Assembly: GCA_046563655.1 (NCBI GenBank) | Contig: CM102290.1 | Span: forward strand, 8,928,001 to 8,992,000 | Direction: 5' to 3' | DNA: 64,000 bases | Origin: Yuukianura sp. NJ FZ-2021 | Lineage: Eukaryota | In this document: piece by piece, positions 13,591 through 25,965 of the stretch | Numbering within the stretch: the stretch's first letter is position 1 | How the letters are laid out: every line of letters starts with the position of its first letter | Notes under the pieces: model-generated | What the model saw: only the letters and a program-made list of their open reading frames with translations | What the model was told of the DNA's origin: nothing | Databases searched by the model: none | Translations under genes and position numbers: made by a program

Positions 13591-13690
13591 AAGACTACAA
13601 CTGCAGACGACCTTGAAGCCAAGCATAGACACTTCACAGCCGGATCTCTTCGCCGCCATTGGACCATTCACTCGGGGCTCATCTCTCAAC

Positions 13691-15157
13691 ATGACGAAGG
13701 TGGGTCTCTAATTCCGCAGTGATCCTGCCTAGAACTAGAGATGACGATCGTTACTAATATCTTCTCTTTGCTTAATTTCAGGAACTGCTCACCCTGGACC
13801 TGGACAACACTACGGACTCTGGATTCTCCTCTGCCGTTGCCACTCCGGAAGATGACTTCAACTTGGATCTGGACCACTACCTCAACATCATTGGGACAGC
13901 AGTCTTCGAGCCATCCGGGGACCACCACTACGCTGGACAGGAGACAACCTTCACCATCCAAATTGGACCACATGGATTTCTGGACACCTCATCGCTGGAC
14001 ATCTCCGTCGTTGGACCATCCGGATCGAAGTACACCGTGGGGATTCACCGCCAAGATGACCACCACCTCTACTGCACCTTCCTGCCACTGGAAACTGGAC
14101 TCTTCGTTGGATCCGCCTTCGTTGGGACCTTCCATCTTCCGGGATCACCGTTCCACATCTTCATCGAGAGGAGCTACGCCACCATCAGCAAGCCAATCGT
14201 CACCATGGACGCCGAGATGCCACTACCAGACGGATTGACCAAGCGACGGAAGCCCTGGGGAATCACGACGAACCCTTCAACCGAACAGGTGAGAAAGCTT
14301 CTTTGCTTGGCTTGGACGCAATATCTAACGTTTTCGTTCGTTCTTTCTTGCAGATCTTCATCACGGACCGGGAGCATCACGAAGTTGTCGTCTATGGACC
14401 GGAGGGAGACTTCATCACAGCCTTCGGAGGACTCGGGACTTCAGCTGGACTCTTCTGCCGCCCAACTGGAATTGCCTACGACCCCCTTCTGGACCGGATC
14501 GTCGTGACGGACAAGGACAACCATCGCATCCAGGCCTTCACTCCAACCGGAATCTTCATGGCGCTTTTCGGCAGCAGAGGGAAGTATCCTGGACAATTTC
14601 TCTACCCCTGGGGGATCGCCGTCTCGAAGCATGGACTCATCGCGGTGGCCGACTCCAGGAACCATCGGATCCAGCTCTTCAACCCGGACGGAGGCATCTT
14701 GGGGATGATGTACCAACCCGGACTGGAGTTTCCTCGTGGCCTCACATTCGACCTCACCGGTGGGACATCCTGCAGCTCCAAGAAGACGAAGAAGCCAAGA
14801 TGAAGCAAGCAGAAGTCTAAAACGGATTCCTTGTTTTCGTCATCAGGAGACCACCTCTACGCCTCGGACTTCAACGCCCATGCCGTCTTCAAGATGCCGG
14901 TGGACTTCGCCTTCTGCCAGAAGATCGTGGATACTGGACTCTGGAGACCCTCTGGACTGGCCCTGGACAACTGCGGAAACCTCCTCGTGGCGGATACTCG
15001 GAACCACTCCATCAAGGTCTTCTCGTCGTCTGGACAACCCTTGGATTCCGTTCGTGCCATTGGACATCTTCCCCTGGAGCTTCCCACCGATGTCACCGTC
15101 TTGAAGGCTGGATTCATCGCCATCTTCGACTTCAACGGCAGGATCATCGTAGGCTAA
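13691..15157 (+). CDS. Filamin-repeat + six-NHL-repeat protein, TRIM71/LIN-41/wech-like, lacking RING/B-box/coiled coil
   Basis: Exons 13691-13699 (caacATG), 13782-14288, 14354-14759, 14847-15157, all phase-consistent. Filamin-like ISVVGPSG..HLPGSPF. NHL blades KPWG, RPTG..DKDNHRIQ, YPWG..DSRNHRIQ, FPRG..DFN, RPSG..DTRNH, LPTD..DFNGR. Confidence 0.9.
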
Positions 15158-16809
15158 TCTTCCCTAAATTTAAGTCTCGCTGTTCCGAAGTGTAATTTCC
15201 TTATATTTCTGTACTTAAGTTTAGTAAGCTTGAATAAGTTATCTAATGCTAATTTTCATAATTTAAGTTTTTTGTGCTCCATTGTATTCAATATTTTTAG
15301 GCTAATAAGTTAAGTTAAAATTTTGTTATTGTTCTAGTTGTAAGCAATTAGTTTGTAAGCTTCTCTAGGTTAAGTATAAAAATTTGTAATTCTAGATGTT
15401 AAGAAACTACTTTTCTGACGTTCTTCACAATTTGTACATTTTCACTTTTCTACTATTCAAATTAAAATTAACCTTTTAAAAATTCTAAAAAAACAAATGC
15501 TGGTACTACATTGCTTTCATTTCTTTTCCAATGAGAACAACGTTTTGAATTTAGAAGTTTATAACTTAAAAAATTTTTCCAACGCAGAAATTTTTCCAAA
15601 CTTGGTTTTCGCAAGGTCATTTCGAAGATGGTGTAAACTTTCCACAAGGAAGCCTCCGATCTGGGGAACGGAATAAGTATAAGAGTGTCAGGTCATGAAT
15701 ATTTGAAATGGAAACGACATAGTCATTCTAGCTATGCTTTTTTTTGGTTTTCTTATTCCAGTTTCCATTGTTACCAGTACCATTATAGGCTAATTTTTCA
15801 AAGTCTTTCACATGGCGTCAATAGGGCTACCCTCAGAAAGAGAAAATAAGAAAGTGAACTTTTCCAGTCACTACCTCAGATAGCTAAGCTGTTTCTTATT
15901 GTCATTTTGTCTCACAGACGTCATTAGAATTCGGTTCTCAAGAAGAGAGTGCAAAACTCACTTTGGGTAAGCTTAAAAATATACTCTATCAAGAACAACA
16001 TAAACACGACGTTCGACATCCAGCCACTTCAGCCACATCCTCTTACAATTGATTTTCTGTTCCTTTGTACTACCAAAGAAACGACAAATGTAGTTGCACA
16101 CTTGAAACTGAAAGTGTTTTTTTCTTGAAATTGGTTTCAGCCAGGCAAATAATTGTGGCTGTAAGTCGTCGGTGCAGAACAACTGGTTGTCTTGCCTTGT
16201 TACGCCATGAGCAGGATCATCCTCGCAGAAACATCTCGGTAAGTTTAGTTTCTTCATCATAATTATTAAACATTATGGAAGAATGTTGCATCAATCATTT
16301 CACGGCTGTGCAATACTTGAATGGTAAATTCGGAATGAGTATTAAAAGTATTTTATTGGTTCCAGTGTATAGGTTCTATGATTGAAGTCTACCTAGCCCG
16401 CCTTGAAATTGCAATTACAACGGGAGATTCTATGGTTCGATAAAAACATTACGTTGCTTGAAATTTAAATTATGGCTATTATTAGTATGCTTTAGGTGTT
16501 TAATTCTAGGAGTTCTTTTCGTTTACAGTTCTCGCTTCCACGTTAGACAACTTCTGAGTCGATGCACATGCACGGTTCTGCTATTGAATAGTCATTCCAG
16601 CTATATTTAAAGACCAAGACGGAAACAAGGTAATATGTTACTGTATTACTCTATTTCTGATTTGAGTAGTTGACGTAAATCACGCCTTTTCCTGTTGCGA
16701 GCGACAATTCAACAGTTGACTTATTACCTACAAAGTATTAAAACTCCTAAGCAAAAGTTTATTTTTTCAGAGTTTCGCTGGAATAGTTCAGTTGTGGTAG
16801 GAAGCTAAA

Positions 16810-19224
16810 ATGGAAAAGTTTGATCCGGGAACAGCGGTGGTGGCAACATCAACGGTTGAGATATCGATCTCGTGCAAGTATGAAAAATTCAACTAGCACA
16901 CACCATGTAGAAGTTCCAGTTTTAAGATGTTTTTTAAAAACTTGTGTTTTCCTCAGGAATCTCTTGGATAAAGATGTTCTATCGAAGTCAGATCCAATGG
17001 CAGTAATTTACCATCGTCCTCGCGGGACGAACCATTGGGTGGAGCTTATGAGGACCGAAACTATTAAGGATAACTTGAATCCAGAGTTTGCGGCTAAAGT
17101 ACACTTCATTAAAACTCTTTTGATACAATTTCTATGTATCCTTTTACGTATTTACTATTTCTACAATGAAATGTTTTTTTTAGGTTACCGTGGAGTACAG
17201 GTTTGAGGAACAACAGTCGATGCGGTTCGAAGTGTACGACATCGATAACCCTTCAGGGAAATTGAGCGAGCAAGATTTCTTGGGGTTTGTGGAATGCACT
17301 TTGGTATATTAGTTTAGAACAATCACTATAATTAAATTGAATATTCAATACTTAACTATGCTATTCTCTCAGGCTCAAATTGTTTCTGCTGGTGCAGGAG
17401 GATTGGAACTTCCGTTAGCACAAATTGCTTATGTCTCAAATTCGGGAAGAAAAGGCAGCAGCGGCGTCATTAAAAGTTGCGGTTCCATCGTTTTATTAGC
17501 TGAAGAACTCGCTTCTCTAAAAGATGAGGTAACCTTTTGAACTATCAACTGATTATTTATCACGGCATTGTGAGAGATGGATGGAGATGGATTGTTTCGT
17601 CTTAGGTTTCAATTCGTTAAAGGAATTTCGTTTGATTTCACAGGTTACGTTTAAATTTGGAGGAAACTCAATGGGAAAATTCAGCTTCTGTATATTTCCT
17701 CCTAAACTGTTCTACGTTTTATCCAAAGTTAACGAAGGAGGAGGGTTTACAATTGTTCACAGAAGTCATATTACACAAGGCACAGAACCTAACTGGGGAG
17801 CAGCTACGGTTTCTATACGTAGCCTTTGTAACGGTGACAGGGACCGTGGGCTGAAAATTGAATGTTTCCAGGAAAAAAGAAGTGGATCTCACAAATCACT
17901 CGGTTATGTATTCACATCGCTTAACAAAATAATTTCTTTGGGGACTGGAGGTATTAAGCTGCTTTCATCGACAGACCAAAAAGTATGGCCACATGACACC
18001 ACAATTTTTATAACTTAATCGAAGCGTGACGAATGTGACATTTTGATATTTACTTTCAGGAAACTTCAACAGTGCTACTCATCATCTACTGTAAAATTTC
18101 TCCTATTTACACTTTCTTAGACTACATCCAAAATGGAACTCAGATTCATTGCTGTTTTGGGATCGATTTCACCTGTAATTACGATCTTAAGATCAAGTTT
18201 TTAAGTACAATCCTAGCAACCAATTCTTTTTAAACGACTATTCCAATATTTACAGCATCAAATGGTGACCCCAGTGACCCGACATCACTGCACTACTTCT
18301 CACAAACTCTGGATACCCCGAACCCGTACGAGCAAGCCATACAAGCCGTAGGTGACATCATTCAAGATTACGACACAACAAAAATGTTTCCTGTTGTTGG
18401 TTTCGGAGCTCGAATTCCACCCCATGGAGGTGTATCCCATAATTTCTTTGTAACTTTAACAGAATCTCCGCAGTGTTTTGGAATCCATGGCGTAATGGAA
18501 GCATACCGGTGAGTCCTATAGTACACTATTAAGTACAGTTCAGATTTTGTTTTCATGTTTTTACTTTTTAATTCATTCCAGAAACTGCATTCGGCAAGTC
18601 CAGTTATACGGACCAACAAACTTTGCTCCAATAATTAATCACGTTGCTAATTTGGCGGCGCAGAATCTGAATGGGGAACATTACTTTGTCTTGCTGATTA
18701 TAACCGATGGTGTGATCACGGATATGCCGCACACGAAAGAGGTAAATCAGTTTAATTTTTTGCAAAAATCAATGCTCAACAATATTAAGGAAATCCTTCT
18801 TCGTTCACAGGCGATTGTAAATGCTGCGGATTTACCACTCTCCATCATCATCGTTGGAGTTGGAGGAGCAGATTTTGATGCGATGGAGGAATTAGATGGG
18901 GATTCCGTTAGAATTTCCTTCAATGGAAGGCAGGCGTCTCGTGACATTGTTCAGTTCGTGCCCTACCGAGATGCTTTTTCATGGATGGCATCGACTGTCG
19001 GTCCAGGTTTGGGTGGGCCTCTACAGTCGCGTCAAGGAGCTTATGCCCCGAATCCTCAGTCGAATATGAACACAGCTACTCACCGCATGGCGCAGGTCAA
19101 ATTGGCACAGGAAGTTTTGGCAGAGATACCGCAGCAGCTAACGAGTTACATGAAGAGCAAAGGCGTTTTTCCTCAGAAACCAAGCTCTGCCCAATCACGT
19201 CTGTCGGTACGATGCCCTCCTTGA
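16810..19224 (+). CDS. CPNE: Copine (C2A-C2B-VWA), copine-8/5-like
   Basis: Multi-exon from aaaATG 16810. Motifs: [148 protein letters not shown]. Confidence 0.95.
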
Positions 19225-21462
19225 GATTGGTTCCTACAATGCGACGTTTGAAAGTAAACTTATTCAAGAATTTTGCTTACCTTACTCCGTACCTTTTCCT
19301 TTGGGACCTAAAAATACTGCGTAAACATACTGTGAGAATCATGTGTTTCTATTGACTACTTTCTCCTCCCAATTTAATTCTAACCTACACTTTTGTAAAA
19401 TGTCACCTCCACTAAGTACTATCAACTACTTCCTCTTCTATCATCTTACGGTGAAAGCTTTAGCTTCTGCCATACACGTTTCTAAATATTGAACAAAGAA
19501 AAGTACAAATAACTAATGTAGGTATTAATGTTTTTTGGCGGTAATTTTTGGAGTACGATTATGAAATTCTGACTAAACATTACTTAAACTTTCCTGTATT
19601 TTGTACTTAAGCCTTTCGCCCAACTCAGCTTTAATCGTCCACTTTTCATGACCATTTGTGGTCGGTGATGCTAATTGACTGTTTGAAAGATCCAACTTGC
19701 TTACGCCTCCAAACTAAATACTCATTCAAGTAACAAAATTAACACAATTTCTACTTACTACATTTAAAAGCATTACGCATTTAAGCGTCGCTTTCTTCAT
19801 CTTGTCAAGTGGTGAAAGCTACTTCATAATCTTAAATTATTAATATCCGCAATGCTTTTGATAACCCATGTATTAATTATTTACTCTCATGTCAATTGGG
19901 AACTTGTAATGTTACCAATTAGTTCTAATCTGTGCTGTTATTTCTTCATTTTTTGACTGTAATTACTCTATCAACTTGTTATCCAATTCTATCAGTGATG
20001 ATTTGTTTCTTTTTTGTGATCTTAGCAGATCAATTTTATCAGTTAACCACAAGCATCCGCAGGATGATCTGCAGCTCTACTATTAACTGATATAATGTCA
20101 AATTAAATTTTATGCATCCCATCTTCATTGGTTTTGCACGCTGTTGTGTTTGTAACAAACCGCATCTAATGAAAGCTGTTAATCATAATTTTAGCCTTGA
20201 GAGACTCTAACTTTCTTCATTTAAGTATGGTATGGCAAGTATCACTTTTATCCAGGCGTTATCCCAAATCCCGAGAGTTTTTGCGGTTCTTGGCGTTTTA
20301 ACTGGTACAGTAATGCTGTGGAAGCATTTTGCTGTTTTGTGCTTCGCGTTGAGAAACCATTTAGGCAGCATTTCAATTTGGAGAAAAGTTCAAATAAGAT
20401 TCTGAACGAAGACTATTTCATTGGTGAAAGTAGATAAATCAACAGTATGCACCAATTTGAGATTGTCGCAAAATTGTATAAAATTTATATAACCAAAAGT
20501 ACTTCGTTGCATTTCGTCATCGGAAAAGTTTCAGTGTTATAGTCTCCGGCTTATTTGTGGAAATGTTTTTTGACAAGTTTTTTGGAATTCAATGGTCATT
20601 GAATTCCATGTAGACCGAATTAGGTCATCATTAAGAAAAAGCTCGAAATGTGTCAAATGTAGTAACAACCCAGGTCTTTTCCGTTCCAGAATGTCAAGAA
20701 TTATGAAGCGTGAGTCCCCCCTTAAGCATTTTGTCTCGAAGATTTGGTAAGCTTATAGGTTCTAACCACATTTTGTTTCTGGAAGGTTTAAGCTCCGTTC
20801 CGGTTGGATTGATTTTAATTGCCATTACACTCCTTGTTCTAAGTGGTATAACGTCACCTACTAGCCTGGCCCCCCCCCCCCCCACAAGTGTCCAAATTCT
20901 GAATAGGACAGTAGTGGGGTTCAACTGTAGTATTGATTCCAGCTCCTGAGTCAACTCCAGCCAGGAGGAAGATCCGGACGCAAAAGGCTGTGCGAAGTGC
21001 GACCTACTACTGTTCCAGCCCACTCACTTTCCTCCAGGGTGACGTCAGTCATCTTTCGCTGGCATATGAACCACAATGTATCCACCAATCCAATAATTCG
21101 TCCAGAAATACTCTCCATACCCATCACACCAAAAGTAACAATTCCTACTTTCTTTCCTGCTTTTCAGCGACTGCAGCTCGTCCAACAGTTCGAATTGTTA
21201 TCCAAGTCATCCAGCAATTGTTAGCCAAGTTCTGCGGACAGAATGGTAACTGACTAGGCTTAAACTTCTCAGTTGATTTCATGTTGAATCAGTGACAAAT
21301 GGGAAGTTATTTCACAGTTTTAATAAGAGCATTTATTAAATCACAAGTTTTTCATTTAGATACAATTACAATCTGGAGAATTTACTAAAATTTGTGTTTT
21401 TTTGGTGCAGGAACTTTTGCAGTAATTACTACGCGTAGAACAGATTTGGCTTAAACTTGACG

Positions 21463-24322
21463 ATGGCTACTGTCTCGGTAGTGTCACCGCTTATGGTACC
21501 TCAGGACGATGTAGATGACCGGAAGTCGGATGACCTGGAAGACTGGGATGCTTGGGAAGGGTGTCGTCCAGAGAGATGGGCTCCCGTTGGAGCCAACGAC
21601 TCTGACAAGGAACACTCAATTTGCGGAGCTTTCGATGAAAGGTAGCTTCAAGTTCATTGGATATTAACATTCAGTACGAAAAATCATTCACTTATTTGGA
21701 AAGACTAAGAACTGAATCTGGAAAAAAAATGTATCACGGATGCTTAAAAGCTTTTAATTTCGTAACTTTATGAGTAAAGTTAATTTGGGAAGTGTACACA
21801 AAGAGACAATTAAGTTCTGCATTGAAAAAGTATGAATAATCGATCATATATATCATGCTCATTACATCAAACTTCATAACAGCAGTTTAGAAATTCAGAC
21901 TAAGACGATCGGAGAAAGCAAACTTTCTCCAACTTCTTGAAGTTTCTTTTTTTTTTTTTACTTTCGTACATGCTCGTTTATCCCTTGAGATTTCAAACAA
22001 AGTTTTGTAAAATACTCCAACTTTCATTGGCATTTTTTTTTCTTAATTTCTAGCTGTGTGGATAACATTGAGCTGCTGAAGCTGAAAGAGGAACAAGAGC
22101 AGTTGACCTCAGCTCTTCTGGCACTAACAACACATTTTGCGCAGGTACCATTTCGGTTTATCAATACTTACGTAAGACGGTACTTTGCAAGTTGCAAGAC
22201 GAAGCTTATTTCCTTCTACCCAGTTTTCACTTTAACTGCCTCTTTGTTACTTTCAGGTTCAGTTCCGAGTGCAACAAATTGTCGTAGCCCCACCGGAAAA
22301 GAAGGAGCTTCTCCTGAAAGATTTGGAGGAATTTACATTTCGAGGTATCCCATCAGTAGTTACGGAACGCTTTGGGACTGGTAACAACGATGACTGTGAA
22401 GTGGATGATATCAAGGACAAGATGAAAGCTCAGAGGGAAAAACAAAAAGACTTAATCAATCAGTTGAAGTCGCAATTGGAGGACTTGGAGTCTTATGCTT
22501 ATGCCACTGGAGAAGCAGGTCTGCCTCAAAGCGTTCTTTTGGAACGACACAAATTAGTTGTAGGTAAGTTTAAATAAGGGAATTACGTTATTCTATCTGC
22601 AGAAGAATGTTAGCAGCAATTTAACTTACTTATTCTCACAGAGCAATTGAGTGCACGCTTAAATTTGAACATGGACCTGGAGAAAGTTGGGAATGATACA
22701 GACTTGAAGGTTCATTTGGAAGAAGCAATTAGTGGGGTAAGAACGGAGACTGTTTCACACAATTTCAAAATTCATTTTAAAATGAATTTTCATTATCCTA
22801 AAAATATTTCAATTTTTTTCACTGTATAGGTGGTGAGTCCAATGAAAATGAAGGAACAGCTCGTGGACCAACTCAAGACTCAGATTCAAGACTTGGAAAG
22901 GTTTATCCAGTATTTACACGGAGAAGGTAGCTGGGAAGGAAGCTGTAACTGCACATGTCCTAAGCACACCACACCAGAAACAGTAAATCAAGCAAAGATG
23001 AATCACGATGAAGAGGTAGAATTCAATTTTTAAAGGAAATGCTAATTATTTAACTCGATTTGAGCTTAGGGATATTCCTGCTTTCGCAATTTTTAAAAGT
23101 TTTGATGCTCTTGTTCCCTAGCTCCGAGATCGAACAATTCACATGATGAAGAAAGCGTTGACGCTGATTCAAATGTTCGCTGTGGCTCAGTTTGGCTGTT
23201 CCCCAAACAACTTCCACATGAACACGCTAAAGAAAAGTGCCAAAGGAAACCACTGGGGGTAAGAATATACTTTGCTCCAAGACTATTTTGTTTAATATAC
23301 TTTATAGTTCATTATACTAAAGGATTTTGTGTCAACGTAGGGACTTAAGGGCTTCTTTGGAAATGGCAATTAGCAAAGTATACAACCTTGCGGTAGCGGC
23401 AAATATACCACCAGACAGTGACTACACTTCAGACTGCGAAGACAGTCCATCCATATCGTGTAACCAAGCCCTTACGGCAGCCGTAAGGAAGGACCTGTCA
23501 TCCGCGTTAGCAGATTTACTTCAACACGGTCTGATCCATGTAGGTGTACTTTCTATTTTGAACTCTGAATTTTCTAAAAAGTTAAAATCTAAAAAGTATT
23601 TACGAATTGCAGTTAGGACAGAGTCAGAGCTTAGTTCCATTCATGAGCTGCTTTCCAGCTCGCAGTGGACAAATCTCTGGGTTTCTTACGGCATGGGATC
23701 TCATCCTTAAATTTTATCAAATTAAAAATGGAGAAAAATATAACGCCACTCCAGCACGACGCCTCTCTCAGAGTTTCGGTTTGGAAATTGTTGGTTCAAC
23801 GGCCATCACCAACAAACAGGTAAACTATTGATCATTCTACGACTTTTTTGAAAAGCATTTTGTATGTATGCTTTGTACTTGAAACTTTCCAGATTCTTTT
23901 AAGCACAATTGACAACATAATTTCAAGTCATTCACGATACAAGCGAAGTATGGAATCCCATTTTAAAGCTTTCGTTTGTGCAGCACTCAAGTACGTTTGC
24001 TAAACTGTTTTCATAAATAGAACAAAATGCAATTGAGAATATTTGCAGTGCACGTCGTTTGGTACCATGGCTGAGACTAATCGTGAGGTGTCAAGGACTC
24101 GTGGACAACTATTACATGCCATGGAGTTACGTTTCTAAAACAGGTAATTCGATTAAGAATCGTAATTTAAGACATTTACAGTTCAATTCATTTGAAAATT
24201 TCTTTAATTTAGGTTTCGAAGATTCATTTCGGTCACTTGACAAGCTATCTACGCTTGACTTTGACCTCCCAGTTGACCTAGCCATACGACAATTTCAAAA
24301 CATCAAGGACGCCTTCCAGTAA
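21463..24322 (+). CDS. RUNDC1: RUN domain-containing protein 1
   Basis: Multi-exon. Motifs: ERWAPVGAN; EEQEQLTSALLALTTHFAQVQFRVQQIV; KEQLVDQLKTQIQDLERFIQYL; NHWGDLRASLEMAI; AWDLILKFYQIKNGEKYNATPARRLSQSFGL; C-terminal FDLPVDLAIRQFQNIKDAF. Confidence 0.93.
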
Positions 24323-25965
24323 AAGGTTCCATTTTACAGATCGGTAGAAGAGAACGTATTAAGTTTCAATTTCCGTCTCGTTACTACACTAAAGATGCCA
24401 TGCATTTTCCGCCGAAAATTATACGCTTGAGCCATACCGACGTGGAATCTGAACTTTAGCTCGTCAAAAGAAGGAAAGCTGCGTGGAGAAATTTAATGTT
24501 ATTTTTTGTCATTATGTTACCCGAAGATTATGAACGGAAATATTATACGGTGCAAATGTACTATTTATTGATTCAACTGAATCGTGATGTTAAAATATCA
24601 TGTTGAAAATATTACCACTGATCTCTTGAAAGTACTACAACTACAAATGGCGAAACACTATAAAATAAGGTCAACAGCCCCTCATGACTTTCGGTATTGT
24701 CATTCGTTTGTATTATTTTAGCAAAATTCGACTTGTCCGTTAACTGTAATTTTAGTTGTGCTAAACCAAGAAGTATTGGCATAAATAAATCATCCAGTCC
24801 TCACGTTTACTGAAATTGCGTTACTCTTGCGTTAAACAACAATTTACCATAGTGCCGAACAAGGATGTTCTGATCATTAGTGCAGCATCAGCAAGATTGC
24901 AAATGCTAAATTCATTCGCGTCTTTAATTTACTCAGTTAAAATTCTTTTCCAATTCTTTGTCGTCTAAATAAAATTGAATAGAATTCAGTTTTCAGTTTT
25001 TTAGCACCAGTAGAGGCTGTTTCACACGAACTGCTGAGGGAACGAAGATTAATCATCTCTGTCATCGACATTCATTCCTTCCTAAAAATCGAACAAAAAC
25101 AACACAAAGTATTAGTGACACTAAAATAAAAGAAAAACTGCAGATGAAAATGGATTAGTTTCTGTAATTCGGTAGATTAACCAATCCAAGATCTGGAATT
25201 AGACTCTCAAATAAAGTAAAAACAAAAAAACTTTTGTAAAAAGTACCTTTTGAATGTTGATTGTGCCTCACAAAAGCCATGAAACTATAAACGCTATTTA
25301 CTGAAAACAAAAGTGCAAAAAACCAAACAAAACGGATCTACTACCTACTAACCAGTAAGTATCCAAACGCGGTTGAGTTCATTCACCTCGATGTTAGCAA
25401 TTGACGAAAATCTAAGTAGCTGCTAACTAGTAGCGAGACTAAAATTAATTCTGATACAATTAGCGTCTCTAGCATGACTGGGAAAAGAAAATTAGGAAGC
25501 GAGAATTGCGGATTTGTAATTTTGCAGTAAAAATTGTTACATATTTCAAAAATTACGGTTAATAAGCTTCAAAAGCTGGCCCGTAGTGTAAAAATGGCTG
25601 CTCGGCAGGAAAGCAGCGTGAAAAAAATGAAATAGAGACGTATTATACACTTCAATTCAAATTGGTATTCATATGTGCCCATTTGATGGAATGGACTTCA
25701 TTTGGACAAATAAATTACGTCAATGAACAAATACAGGGAAACATTAAGGGAAAGTCCAATAGGTAGTAGTGCTGGGTTAAGAAAAAATCAAAAAGTTAAT
25801 CAACTAATTAAAATTTGTGTGAATAATGAAACTCAAATCAACAATGTCGTAATTGTGTCAAACGCAAAGATGAGACTAGATTTACTTTAAAGTCGGATAG
25901 CTATTAGTAAGCACGCAAACTTAGAAAAAAGAAACGTTTCAGTTATGGGTGTTAAACAACAACGA

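Noticed and set aside
18742..18810. Stop-free 3n introns read through by the ORF track (copine here; also RUNDC1, DNAJC2, DDX56)
   Set aside because: They have canonical GT-AG ends, interrupt conserved motifs, and are expected by chance among many short introns.
20870..20883. C14 homopolymer with nearby short ORFs
   Set aside because: A simple mononucleotide run; the flanking ORFs show no homology or splice support.
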